Shown: positions 25,237 through 34,679 of the stretch, in pieces
Position numbering within the stretch: position 1 is the stretch's first letter
How the letters are laid out: the number at the start of each line of letters is the position of its first letter
Assembly: GCA_021730945.1 (NCBI GenBank)
Contig: JAKFYH010000049.1
Location: 19,855-83,854, forward strand
Direction of reading: 5' to 3'
From: Acidobacteriota bacterium
GTDB lineage: Bacteria > Acidobacteriota > Vicinamibacteria > Vicinamibacterales > UBA2999
Length of the DNA: 64,000 nucleotides
Translations under genes and position numbers: made by a program
The notes under the pieces: generated by a model
Databases searched by the model: none
What the model saw: the letters and a program-made list of their open reading frames with translations, nothing else
Told to the model about the DNA's origin: nothing

Positions 25237-27273
25237 TCAACCGGTCGCACGGGCCGGCGCGACTTCCACGAAGGTGTCGTAGAGGCCGCTTCCTCCGCCC
25301 CAATCGGTTGGCTCCTCCGGCGTGAGGGCGTTGACGCCCTGGCGAGTGCCGCGCGCGTCGGTGAGGGCGCCGAAAGGCATCCACGCCACGCCAGGCCGTA
25401 GCCGATCGGACACCCGGCAGATGGCGTGCAGTTCGCCGCGCTCGCTCGACACCCGCACCACATCGCCTGTCGCCACGCCACGCTGCCGCGCATCGTCGGC
25501 ATGCAGTTCGATGAACAGCTCCCCCTCACGGCGCCGGTGACGATCCATGTGGCTGTAGCCGGAATTGAGGAAGTGCAGGGTCTTGCCGGTGATTAACTGC
25601 AGGCCGTCGCCGGTGGCCAGGTCGCCGGACGATGGCAGTGGATCGAGGCCGGCTTCGCGCAGCGGCTCCGAGTAGAGCTCGGCCTTTCCCGACCGGGTCG
25701 GAAAGCCGCCGGCTGCGAACGGGCGCCAGTCGTCGCCGCAGTTGAGTCGCACGTGCCCTTCCTCCCAGAGCCGTTCGTAGGTAATGCCTGCGAGCCAAGG
25801 GTGCCCGCTGGCCAGCGCCGCGCGCAGCATCGACTCGTCGCTTTCGAACAGGTACGGCTCGGTGCGCCCGAGGGCGGCGGCCAGGCGGCGAAACAGCTCG
25901 GTGTTCGACACCGACTCGCCGCACGGGGCAATGGCCGGGCGATTGAGCGCAAGATACAGATGGCCCCATGCCGGCGACAGATCCAGGTGTTCGATCTGGC
26001 TGGTCGCCGGCAGCACGTAGTCGGCGTAGCGCGCGGTGTCGGTGATGAACAGGTCGTGAACCACCGTGAACAAGTCGCCGCGCAGCAGCCCCTGGCGGAT
26101 CCGGTTCTGGTTCGGCATCGAGACCATCGGATTTGCGCCGTAGACCATCAAGGCCCGCACCTGCGGCCGCAGGTCCTGGTTGCACAGATCGTTGCCGATG
26201 TCGCGCATGTTCAACACGCGCGCCGGTTTGTGCACTTCGGGCATGAGGACGCGGTCCATGGCCAGGGTGGCGAAGTGGAGGGCGTGGGTGGACCGCGCCA
26301 GTCCGCCGCCGCGATGCTTCCACGCGCCGCTCAGGACCGGCAGGCACGCGAGCGCGCGAAATTGCATCGCGCCATTGCGATGGTGCTCGATGCCGATCAG
26401 CGGCCGCAGCAACGACGGCTGCGTGGTGGCGTATTCCCGCGCGAAGCGCTCGATGTCTTCCGGCGGCAGTCCGACCACCGCGGCCATCGTCGCGGGCGAG
26501 TACTCGCGTGCGCGCTCGACCAGCGCGTCATAACCGACCGCGTAGTGCGCGACGTAATCGCGATCGACCAGGCCGTCGCGAATCATGACGTGCATGACCG
26601 ACATGGCCAGCGCGGCATCGCTCGCGGGCTTAATCTGCAGGTGCCAGTCGGCCTCCTGGGCTGTGCGGGTGCGAATGGGGTCGACCACCACCAGCCGGGC
26701 GCCCCGGCTGCGCGCCTCGCGCACGAGCGGCCAGTAGTGCAGGTTGGTGTGAATCGTGTTCGTGCCCCACAGGACGATGTAGCGGCTGTGCACGACCTCT
26801 TCGGGATCGATCCCGGAGCCGACGCCGATGGTGGCCGACATGCCGGCGGAGGCGACCGCACCGCAGATGTTGCGATCGAGGTTGCTGCAGCCCATCGAGC
26901 CCAGCAAGCGGGCGTCGAGAGACGAGGTCTGGATTAGTCCCTGCACACCGGCCGAGCTGTGGGGGAGGATGGCTTCGGGACCCGATTCGGCGGCGATCGT
27001 GTTCCAGCGCGAAGCGATGTCGGCGAGCGCCTCGTCCCAGGTGACGCGGGCGAAGTGGGCCTCGCCCTTCGGGCCGATGCGCTTCAGTGGATGCTGGACT
27101 CGGTCTGGGTGATAGACGCGCTCGAGATAGTGGTTGACCTTGGCGCACAAGGTGCCGCGGGTAAACGGATGCGTGGGGTCGCCGGCCAGCGTCTCGGCTT
27201 TGCCGTCGCGCACGTCAACCACCCATGCGCACGTGTCGGGACAATCATGTCCACAGGCGCCGCGGATCTCCAC
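25237..27273 (-). CDS. Molybdopterin (bis-MGD) oxidoreductase family protein
   Basis: The N-terminal 4Fe-4S motif is CGHDCPDTCAWVV. The length (678 aa) and internal blocks (TNTIHTNLHYW, VVDPIRTRTA, the C-terminal RGVATGDVVRV barrel) fit the DMSO reductase superfamily. Confidence 0.8.
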   Translation of the reverse strand: MEIRGACGHDCPDTCAWVVDVRDGKAETLAGDPTHPFTRGTLCAKVNHYLERVYHPDRVQHPLKRIGPKGEAHFARVTWDEALADIASRWNTIAAESGPEAILPHSSAGVQGLIQTSSLDARLLGSMGCSNLDRNICGAVASAGMSATIGVGSGIDPEEVVHSRYIVLWGTNTIHTNLHYWPLVREARSRGARLVVVDPIRTRTAQEADWHLQIKPASDAALAMSVMHVMIRDGLVDRDYVAHYAVGYDALVERAREYSPATMAAVVGLPPEDIERFAREYATTQPSLLRPLIGIEHHRNGAMQFRALACLPVLSGAWKHRGGGLARSTHALHFATLAMDRVLMPEVHKPARVLNMRDIGNDLCNQDLRPQVRALMVYGANPMVSMPNQNRIRQGLLRGDLFTVVHDLFITDTARYADYVLPATSQIEHLDLSPAWGHLYLALNRPAIAPCGESVSNTELFRRLAAALGRTEPYLFESDESMLRAALASGHPWLAGITYERLWEEGHVRLNCGDDWRPFAAGGFPTRSGKAELYSEPLREAGLDPLPSSGDLATGDGLQLITGKTLHFLNSGYSHMDRHRRREGELFIELHADDARQRGVATGDVVRVSSERGELHAICRVSDRLRPGVAWMPFGALTDARGTRQGVNALTPEEPTDWGGGSGLYDTFVEVAPARATG

Positions 27274-27389
27274 TCCGGCAGTCTACTCCCCGCGATTCTT
27301 GCCGGTCCATCGACTTGCGCTGCCCTTCAGCAGCGACCGTTGGCGTTGATCATATGATTCCATATGTATTTCGTGGTGCTGCCCCGCGC

Positions 27390-28985
27390 ATGAGCCTCGC
27401 CGAGATTGTCGCCGCCGCACTCACTGCCTTCCTGGCATCAGCGGCGGTCGTGCCCTACCTGATGGACGCGGCCGGTGTCGGCCTCATGCCGGGAGCCGTG
27501 CTGGCGGCGTCGGCGACGATCGCCGGCGCCGTGGCCTGGCGACTGGCGGCGAGCCCGGGAAGCGTGGCCAGCGACCTGGTGCCGTGGGCCGGTGTCGTGC
27601 TGTTGATGCTGGCGTGGCTGTTGCGACTGGCGTGGCCGTCGCTACTGCTCCCCGGCGGCGGCTCTGACCTTGCACATCACCTGCTGCTGGTCGACTACAT
27701 CGAACGGTCGGGACACCTCGTGCACGATCGCGCGCTCGACGGCGCGATGGGCGAGATGGCGCACTACACACCGGGCGCGCATCTTCTCGCCGTGATGGCC
27801 GGCGCCTGGACCGGCACCGACGGCTTTCGCGCGTTCTACAGCGTGGTCAGCGGCGCCATGGCCCTGGCCGCCGGCTTCGTGTTCCTCATCGTCCGCCGCC
27901 TGCGCCTGCCGACGCCCTTCGCCCTGGCGGCCGTGATGCTGCTGATGTTGCCGCTCGACTATTTCGTTGGGGCGTTTACTCACGATGCCTTCCTGGCGCA
28001 GGCCGTGTGCGTGTGCTTCAGTGTGGCGGCCTGGTGGGCGCTGGTGGCGTGGGAGCGGCACCCGACTCCGGAAATAGCCGCGGTGTTCGGCTTGTTCACT
28101 GCCGCCGTGTTTCTGGCGTGGCCGGTGTGGGTGGGTCCGCCGCTGCTGGTGTTCTTCGGTGTGTTGCTGCGCCGGCATGTCTCGATTGGGTGGCGGGTGC
28201 GGCACCTGATGCTGGGCGTCGCGCCACTCGCGGCCGTCGCGGTCATCCACACCTCGGGGCGCCTGGGCTGGGCGGCAATTGTGCGGACGAGCGGAGCGGT
28301 GCTCCAGCCGACGCTCTCGACCATCGGCTGGGCGTTTCCGTTGCTGGCAGCGATTGGCCTGCTGGCCGTGACCCGCAATCGCCGCGCTCGTGTGACCGTC
28401 GCGTTCCTCCTGGCGAGTGCCCTGCAAGCCTTCACGCTCGGGTTGATGTCGATGGCCAACGGCGCCGAGACTCCGTACATGGCCTACAAGATGGGCTACC
28501 TGGCGATCTACCCGATGGCGGCTCTTGGCGCACTGGCCCTTCACGGCATCGTGGTTCGGGCGGCGGCACCGGTGCAGACGGTGGCCGGGTGGGTGATGGC
28601 GACCTTCATGGTGCTGGCGATTGTGCGCCCGGCCATCAACGTGCCGCGCCAGATCTCGACGGTCACGCGCGATCTCTACGATGCCGGACGCTCGATGCGC
28701 GAAAGCGTCGGCCCTGCCTGCGCCGACTACCTGGTGGGCAGCGCCGACACTGCGTATTGGCTGCACCTGGCCGTGCTTGGCAATCCCAGAAGTTCGGCCC
28801 ACACCGCCGAAATTGACCGCTTCGATCCGCGGCAAGTCATGGGCCAATGGGTCGCCTCGCAGGGCCGCGGCTATGCCGTCGCCGACCTCGACCTGCTACC
28901 CGCTGAAATCCGTCCCAATGTGCAGATCCTGAAGCAGTTCGGCCGCGCCGCCATTGTCCACCGCCCCGGCGCGACCTGCCCCTGA
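27390..28985 (+). CDS. Polytopic integral membrane protein, function unknown
   Basis: It has at least 10 hydrophobic segments. The start could be ATG 27390 (MSLAEIVAAAL) or 27354. The track start 27225 overlaps the molybdoenzyme gene. Confidence 0.6.
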   Translation: MSLAEIVAAALTAFLASAAVVPYLMDAAGVGLMPGAVLAASATIAGAVAWRLAASPGSVASDLVPWAGVVLLMLAWLLRLAWPSLLLPGGGSDLAHHLLLVDYIERSGHLVHDRALDGAMGEMAHYTPGAHLLAVMAGAWTGTDGFRAFYSVVSGAMALAAGFVFLIVRRLRLPTPFALAAVMLLMLPLDYFVGAFTHDAFLAQAVCVCFSVAAWWALVAWERHPTPEIAAVFGLFTAAVFLAWPVWVGPPLLVFFGVLLRRHVSIGWRVRHLMLGVAPLAAVAVIHTSGRLGWAAIVRTSGAVLQPTLSTIGWAFPLLAAIGLLAVTRNRRARVTVAFLLASALQAFTLGLMSMANGAETPYMAYKMGYLAIYPMAALGALALHGIVVRAAAPVQTVAGWVMATFMVLAIVRPAINVPRQISTVTRDLYDAGRSMRESVGPACADYLVGSADTAYWLHLAVLGNPRSSAHTAEIDRFDPRQVMGQWVASQGRGYAVADLDLLPAEIRPNVQILKQFGRAAIVHRPGATCP

Positions 28986-29011
28986 GCGCAGACCCCGGAC
29001 CCCGGGAGGAA

Positions 29012-30634
29012 ATGCTAGAATCGTGGGTTGTGATTGCCGTTAATAACGTCTCCATGCGCTTCGGGTCGAAGGTCTTGTTCGACGAAGTAACCACATCCTT
29101 TCTGGCCGGCCGCCGCTACGGCCTGACCGGTCCCAACGGATCCGGCAAGTCGACCTTCATGAAGCTGCTGACCGGCGAGAACCAGCCGCAAAAGGGCGAC
29201 GTCGTGCGCCCGAAGAAGCTGGGCGTGCTCAAGCAGGACCAGTTCGCCTTCGATCGGCTGCGCGTGATCGACACCGTGATCATGGGCAACCAGCGGCTGT
29301 GGAGCGCGCTCGAAGAGCGCGAGTTGCTCTACGGCAAGGCCGACATGACCGAAGCCGACGGCATGCGCCTTGGCGAGCTCGAGGGCATCGTCGGCGAGGA
29401 AGACGGCTACGAGGCCGAGAGCAACGCGGCCATCCTGCTGCAGGGGCTCGACATTCCGGACGAGGTGCACCACCGCGCGATGAGCGAACTGCAGGGCGGA
29501 CAGAAGGTCCGCGTGCTGCTGGCGCAGGCGCTGTTCGGCAACCCGCAGGCGCTGCTGCTGGACGAGCCGACCAACCACCTGGACCTCGACTCCATTCACT
29601 GGCTGCGCGACTTCCTGCTGCGCTATGACGGCACGTTGATCGTGATTTCGCACGATCGCCACTTCCTGAACGCGGTGTGCACGCACACCGCCGACATCGA
29701 CTACCAGACCATCATCACCTATACCGGCGGCTACGACGACATGGTGATGGCCAAGACACAGATTCGATCGCGGCTCGAGGCGCAGAACGAGCAGCGCGAC
29801 AAGAAGATCGCCCAGTTGCAGGACTTCATCCAGCGCTTCTCCGCCGGCACGCGTTCCAGCCAGGTGCAGTCGCGGCGCAAGGAAGTGGAGCGCCTGCAGA
29901 CCACCGAACTGGCGCGCTCGAACATTCAACGCCCGTACATCAAGTTCACCAGCCTGCGGCCGTCAGGCCGGACCGCGCTCGAGTTCGAGGGCATCTCGAA
30001 GTCGCACGGTGCGCTCGAGGTCATCGACGACTTCAGTGGCATCCTCAGTCGCGGCGAGAAGGTCGTGCTGGTCGGCCGCAACGGCACGGGCAAGACGACG
30101 ATGCTGAAGGCCCTGTTGTCCGACGCGCCGGGCCTGCCGCCATCGCCGGGTGACATCGACGCCGGCAAGTTGAAGTGGGGGCACGAGGTGTCGATTGGCT
30201 ACTTCGCGCAGGACCACACCGGCGAAATCCAGAAGGGCCTGACGGCGGCGGCGTGGCTGCACCAGTTCGACCCCGACGCCTCACGCCAGGACATTCACGG
30301 CCTGCTCGGGCAAATGCTGTTCACCGGCGAAGAGGGCTTGAAGCCGACCGAGGCGCTGTCGGGAGGCGAGACCGCGCGCCTGTTGTTCTGCCGCATCATG
30401 CTGCAGAAGCCGAACGTGCTGGTGCTGGACGAGCCGACCAACCACCTGGACCTCGAGGCCATCAACGCCCTGAACATCGCATTGCAGAAATTCGAAGGCA
30501 CCGTGCTGTTGGTGACCCACGACCAGGACTTGATGGAGGAAGTGGGCACGCGCGTGTGGCACTTCGACCACGGCGTGATCACCGACTTCAAGGGGACCTA
30601 CGAAGAGTACGAGGCATCGCTGCCGAAGGCGTAA
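29012..30634 (+). CDS. ABC-F family ATPase (YbiT-like)
   Basis: It has two ABC cassettes (GLTGPNGSGKST and LVGRNGTGKTT Walker A; LQGGQKVRVLLA and LSGGETARLL signature) joined by a charged linker. It has no TM domain. The N-terminus NVSMRFGSKVLFDEV resembles YbiT. Confidence 0.85.
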   Translation: MLESWVVIAVNNVSMRFGSKVLFDEVTTSFLAGRRYGLTGPNGSGKSTFMKLLTGENQPQKGDVVRPKKLGVLKQDQFAFDRLRVIDTVIMGNQRLWSALEERELLYGKADMTEADGMRLGELEGIVGEEDGYEAESNAAILLQGLDIPDEVHHRAMSELQGGQKVRVLLAQALFGNPQALLLDEPTNHLDLDSIHWLRDFLLRYDGTLIVISHDRHFLNAVCTHTADIDYQTIITYTGGYDDMVMAKTQIRSRLEAQNEQRDKKIAQLQDFIQRFSAGTRSSQVQSRRKEVERLQTTELARSNIQRPYIKFTSLRPSGRTALEFEGISKSHGALEVIDDFSGILSRGEKVVLVGRNGTGKTTMLKALLSDAPGLPPSPGDIDAGKLKWGHEVSIGYFAQDHTGEIQKGLTAAAWLHQFDPDASRQDIHGLLGQMLFTGEEGLKPTEALSGGETARLLFCRIMLQKPNVLVLDEPTNHLDLEAINALNIALQKFEGTVLLVTHDQDLMEEVGTRVWHFDHGVITDFKGTYEEYEASLPKA

Positions 30635-30658
30635 TCGGCGGCCAACCTGCGGCCGTGC

Positions 30659-32062
30659 CTACCGCCGCAGGAATCGCAGGTCCCACACCCGATCCTGCTT
30701 GATGCTCAGCTCGTTGATCCGGCCGGCCGCATCGCGCCGGAACGTGACCGTGCCAATCGAGCCACGGAAGGTGTCTCGACTGATGGCGATCAGCGCAATC
30801 GTGGTGTCGGGCCGGCGTTTCAGGACGAGTCCGCCATCCACCACGGCGGCGGCGAAGCTCACTTCCGCCTCGTCACTCCGATAGGTGCCGCTGAACTGCG
30901 CCAGTTCGGCGGCGGTCGGCGGCGGTGTCATCGCCGCCACCGGCGTTGCCGGCGTCGTCGGCGTCACTGGTTTCAGCCCCGCCAGGTATAGATCCGACAC
31001 CAGGTTGGCCGATCGCGTTGCGTCACCGGTGGCGACGTTGCACAACACCGCCACCGACGTGTGTCGCTCGGGGAAGCGATTGAGGTGCGCGCGATAGCCC
31101 GCGGTCGAGCCACTGTGGTTGATGTTGCGCTGTCCCCGGTAGTCGTGCACGAACAGCCCGAGTCCGTACTCCAGCGGCCGGCCGTCGTTGAAGCGGCCGG
31201 CGGTCATCTGGGTCGTGACCAGCGCGCGGTCGCCGACCACCGGCGTCACGAAGTTCTCATTCCACTTCAGCAAGTCGCCCACGGTGGTGAGCAACCCGCC
31301 GTTGCCGTGCACGTTTTCGAAGGGCATCTCGATGTGGTATCCGTCGCTCTGGCTCGCGTAGGCGATTGCCCGGCGCTTGACGATGCGCGTGTGGTCGTCG
31401 CGCCAGGCCGTGTGAGTCATGCCAAGCGGTGTGAAGATGCGCGTCTGCGAGAACTGCGCGAACGACATCCCGCTGACCCGCGACACGATGATGGCGGCCA
31501 GGTTGAAGCCCGTGTTGCTGTACGACCACTCGCTGCCGGGCGGAAAGTTCAACGCCTTCTGCCGCGACACGATGTCGAGCACGTGCGCATGCGTATATTC
31601 GCGCGTGGTTCGTGGCGCCCCGGCGATGCCGGCGACGCTGCCCCAGTCGCGCAGGCCGCTGGTGTGGTTCAGCATGTGACGGATGGTCAGCGACCCGCCA
31701 TAGTCGGGCAATTCAGGGAGGTACTTGCGCGCCTCGTCGTCCAGCGAGAGCTTGCCGTCCTGGACCAGCAACAGCACCGCCATGGCCGTGAACTGCTTGG
31801 CCACTGAGCCTGATTCGAAAACAGTGTCGGGCGTGTTCGGGATGTCATGCTCCAGGTCGGCCATGCCGTAGGCCCTGGTCAGCACGGTCTTGCCGCCGAT
31901 GGCCACACCCACCGCGCACCCCGGCGTGGCCGGCGTCCACTTGGCGAAGATCTTGTCGACGGCCGGGACCGGCACGGCCGCGCCGGCCTGGGCGTTCACG
32001 CCGATGGCCGCGCCGGACAGGACGAGGGCCGAGCAGGCGGCGATCGCAATTCGGATGGTCAT
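30659..32062 (-). CDS. Secreted serine hydrolase of the beta-lactamase/transpeptidase fold
   Basis: It has a signal peptide, the SxxK motif SGSVAKQFTA and the Y-x-N motif YSNTGF. A C-terminal extra domain is present. Confidence 0.8.
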   Translation of the reverse strand: MTIRIAIAACSALVLSGAAIGVNAQAGAAVPVPAVDKIFAKWTPATPGCAVGVAIGGKTVLTRAYGMADLEHDIPNTPDTVFESGSVAKQFTAMAVLLLVQDGKLSLDDEARKYLPELPDYGGSLTIRHMLNHTSGLRDWGSVAGIAGAPRTTREYTHAHVLDIVSRQKALNFPPGSEWSYSNTGFNLAAIIVSRVSGMSFAQFSQTRIFTPLGMTHTAWRDDHTRIVKRRAIAYASQSDGYHIEMPFENVHGNGGLLTTVGDLLKWNENFVTPVVGDRALVTTQMTAGRFNDGRPLEYGLGLFVHDYRGQRNINHSGSTAGYRAHLNRFPERHTSVAVLCNVATGDATRSANLVSDLYLAGLKPVTPTTPATPVAAMTPPPTAAELAQFSGTYRSDEAEVSFAAAVVDGGLVLKRRPDTTIALIAISRDTFRGSIGTVTFRRDAAGRINELSIKQDRVWDLRFLRR

Positions 32063-32210
32063 ACGTCGGGATCCTAAGCCGAACGGGGACCATTCTCCAC
32101 ACGTTGCGGCGATCGCCCGAATCGGCGTTCAAATCTGCCGCTGGCCGACAGCAATCCGAAGCTGTGATCATCGGCGGCGCTTATAATCCGTCGGGGCGAG
32201 GATCGCGCAG

Positions 32211-33560
32211 ATGACACAGATGACACAGTTCTCACGAGTTTCACGGGTGCTGCTGATGGTGCTGGGGCTGGCCTCCATTGGGGTGGCCGCGCAGCAGAAC
32301 CGGATTGATACCGTCACGCCGAATGCGCCTGAGTTGGCTGGGTATGGCCCGCTCAGTATCGGCGTACGGACCATTCAGGTCACTGACAAGAACCGGCCCG
32401 ACATCCTCAACACCAAGGAGGGCGCGCCGCTGGCGCGTTACGACCGTACCCTGACGCTCGAGGTCTGGTATCCGGCCTCACTGGCGGCGGGGCAGCAGCC
32501 CGGCGGCGAGTATCGCGTCATCACCCGCGATCCCGCCGTAACGGCCACCATCCTCGGCAAGGCCGTGCGTGACGCCGCGCCGCTCGCCCCCGGCCAGCAG
32601 AAGCCTGGCGAAGGCGGCTATCCACTCGTCGTGATCTCGCACGGCTATCCCGGTAATCGCTACTTGATGAGCCACATCGGCGAGAACCTGGCCAGCAAGG
32701 GCTTTGTCACCGTCTCGATCGATCACAAGGACAGCACCTACGACGACCAGAAGGCGTTTGGCAGCACGCTCTACAACCGGTCGTTCGATCAGCTATTCGT
32801 GATCAACGAGATCGAGCGTCTGGGCAGGCCCGGCGCGGGCAGCTTTCTGAGCGGCCTGGTCGACGCCAGCCGCACCGGCATTGTCGGCTACTCGATGGGC
32901 GGCTACGGTGTCGTCAATGTCATTGGCGGCGGCTATAGCGATGCCAGCGTGAACGGCGCGCAGGCGCCGCCGAACAAGCTGCTGGCCGAACGCGCGGCGT
33001 CGAATCCGGTGTACCGGCAGGGACGCGATCCGCGGATCAAGGCGGCGATTGCCATCGGCCCGTGGGGTATGCCGGCCGGGTTCTGGGACGCCGAGGGATT
33101 GCAGGGCATTCGCACACCCGTGCTGTTCGTGGCCGGGAGCGCGGATGACGTGTCGGGGTACGAGAAGGGCACGCGCGCCATCTACCAGGGCGCGGTGAAT
33201 GCCGATCGCTACCTGCTGACGTTCATCAACGCGGGCCACAACGCCGCCGCGCCGATGCCGGCGCCGGTCGAGGCCTACCGTGGCACGGGATCAGGCGCGC
33301 CAGGATTTTCCCACTACGCCGATTCGGTGTGGGACACCGCGCGGATGAACAACATCTTCCATCACTTCGCGACGGCCTACTTCGACCGCTACCTGAAGGG
33401 CGAATCGGACAAGCAGGCCTACTTCGACGTGGTGCCGAATGGGAAAGATGGGGTCTATGCGATGGACCGCGAGAGCAAGCCCCTGCCGACGCACACCTAC
33501 TGGAAGGGCTTCAAGCGCGGGACCGCGGTGGGCCTGATCCTCGAGCACGCGCAGCCCTAA
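32211..33560 (+). CDS. Secreted alpha/beta hydrolase (PAF-acetylhydrolase / dienelactone-hydrolase-like)
   Basis: It has a signal peptide, the nucleophile elbow VGYSMGGYG and the motifs VISHGYPGN and GHNAA. The first codons (MTQMTQ) overlap a copy of the CAGATGACA repeat motif, so the start could be slightly later. Confidence 0.7.
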   Translation: MTQMTQFSRVSRVLLMVLGLASIGVAAQQNRIDTVTPNAPELAGYGPLSIGVRTIQVTDKNRPDILNTKEGAPLARYDRTLTLEVWYPASLAAGQQPGGEYRVITRDPAVTATILGKAVRDAAPLAPGQQKPGEGGYPLVVISHGYPGNRYLMSHIGENLASKGFVTVSIDHKDSTYDDQKAFGSTLYNRSFDQLFVINEIERLGRPGAGSFLSGLVDASRTGIVGYSMGGYGVVNVIGGGYSDASVNGAQAPPNKLLAERAASNPVYRQGRDPRIKAAIAIGPWGMPAGFWDAEGLQGIRTPVLFVAGSADDVSGYEKGTRAIYQGAVNADRYLLTFINAGHNAAAPMPAPVEAYRGTGSGAPGFSHYADSVWDTARMNNIFHHFATAYFDRYLKGESDKQAYFDVVPNGKDGVYAMDRESKPLPTHTYWKGFKRGTAVGLILEHAQP

Positions 33561-33561
33561 A

Positions 33562-33724
33562 AAAGGGGTCGGGGATCTTTTCCCTTCAATAGCCCATGAA
33601 GCAACGATGGCCAGGCTGGATGATGGGGTCAGTCGGGCTCTCGTATACGCGACCATCTTGAAAACATGGTAGAAACTGCCACCCGGCAATCGGCCGGCCA
33701 GCGTAAAAGATCCCCGACCCCTTT
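33562..33724. mobile_element. 163-bp element with perfect 20-bp terminal inverted repeats (MITE-like, or giant-loop bidirectional terminator)
   Basis: AAAGGGGTCGGGGATCTTTT (33562-33581) and its exact reverse complement AAAAGATCCCCGACCCCTTT (33705-33724) flank 123 bp. That interior looks to have lower G+C and contains no credible ORF. The element sits exactly between two convergent stop codons, and T-tracts follow the stem in both directions. Confidence 0.6.
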
Positions 33725-33726
33725 AT

Positions 33727-34629
33727 TTACGGTGACCCCAGGCGCGCGGTAATCAACTGCGCCATGCGCGCAGCTGAGCCATCGACGATGGTGAAGTAGA
33801 GTTCGGGCTCGATCAGTTCCAATTCCATCAACAACGGGCCGCGCGCGCTGTCGACGACATCGACTCGGGCGTAGACACACGACGCCGGCACCTGCGCCAT
33901 CACGCGCTCGCCGAATGCCAGCAGGGCAGGCGAGGGCGTCGCCGGCTCGACCACGCCGCCAAAGTCCTTCTGCACGCGGAAGTCGCCGCTACTGGCTCGT
34001 TTCACAACCGCGTGGCTGAACGAGCCGCCCGCATAGACCATCGACACTTCACCCTGCGTGATGATCTCCGGGATGAACTCCTGGATCAGCGCGCCAGAGG
34101 CGCGCGCCGGCGCCAGCTCGTCGTCGGCAGGCAGGCGGCCTTCCGAAATGAGGAACGTGCCGTAGGCGGTGGCGGCGATGCGCGGCTTGAGGACCGCCTG
34201 CGTCCACCGGGCCTCGCGCAGGAGGGCCACCAGGGCTTCCGGCGTAGCTGCGTCCATCCAGTGCGTTGCAGGGATGGCGATGCCCGCGCGTTCAAGGTCT
34301 TGGAGGTAGATCTTGTTGATATTGCCGCGAGCGACGTCGGCGGGATTCAAGAGCGTCCGGCCCGAGTCGGCCATCGCCGCCAGCCAGGCGGCAAACATCG
34401 TCGGCACGCGGTGATAGTCCCAGGTCGAACGAAGAATGACCGGCTCGGCGCCGATGGTGGTTTCCGGATCGATCTCGGTCCAGGGTTCAGGCTCGACCGG
34501 ATAGCCGAGCGCCGCCAGGGCGTCGGCGAGCGGCTGGTCGTCAGCGGTAATGAACGGCTGGTGCGAACAAGTGGCGAAAACGATGGTCACCCGGGAAGTG
34601 TACCGCCGGCAGAGGCTGCTCACCGCCAC
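33727..34629 (-). CDS. ATP-grasp fold protein (RimK/glutathione-synthetase-like ligase)
   Basis: The motifs AVLKPRIAATAYGT, LIQEFIPEI..GEVSMVY and ARVDVV...LLMELELIEPELYF fit the ATP-grasp nucleotide-binding core. The start is possibly GTG near 34590. Confidence 0.6.
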   Translation of the reverse strand: MAVSSLCRRYTSRVTIVFATCSHQPFITADDQPLADALAALGYPVEPEPWTEIDPETTIGAEPVILRSTWDYHRVPTMFAAWLAAMADSGRTLLNPADVARGNINKIYLQDLERAGIAIPATHWMDAATPEALVALLREARWTQAVLKPRIAATAYGTFLISEGRLPADDELAPARASGALIQEFIPEIITQGEVSMVYAGGSFSHAVVKRASSGDFRVQKDFGGVVEPATPSPALLAFGERVMAQVPASCVYARVDVVDSARGPLLMELELIEPELYFTIVDGSAARMAQLITARLGSP

Positions 34630-34679
34630 CGGCGAGGCCCGCTTGGGTGCCAGTCCCCCGTCGGTTATAATTCTGATAC

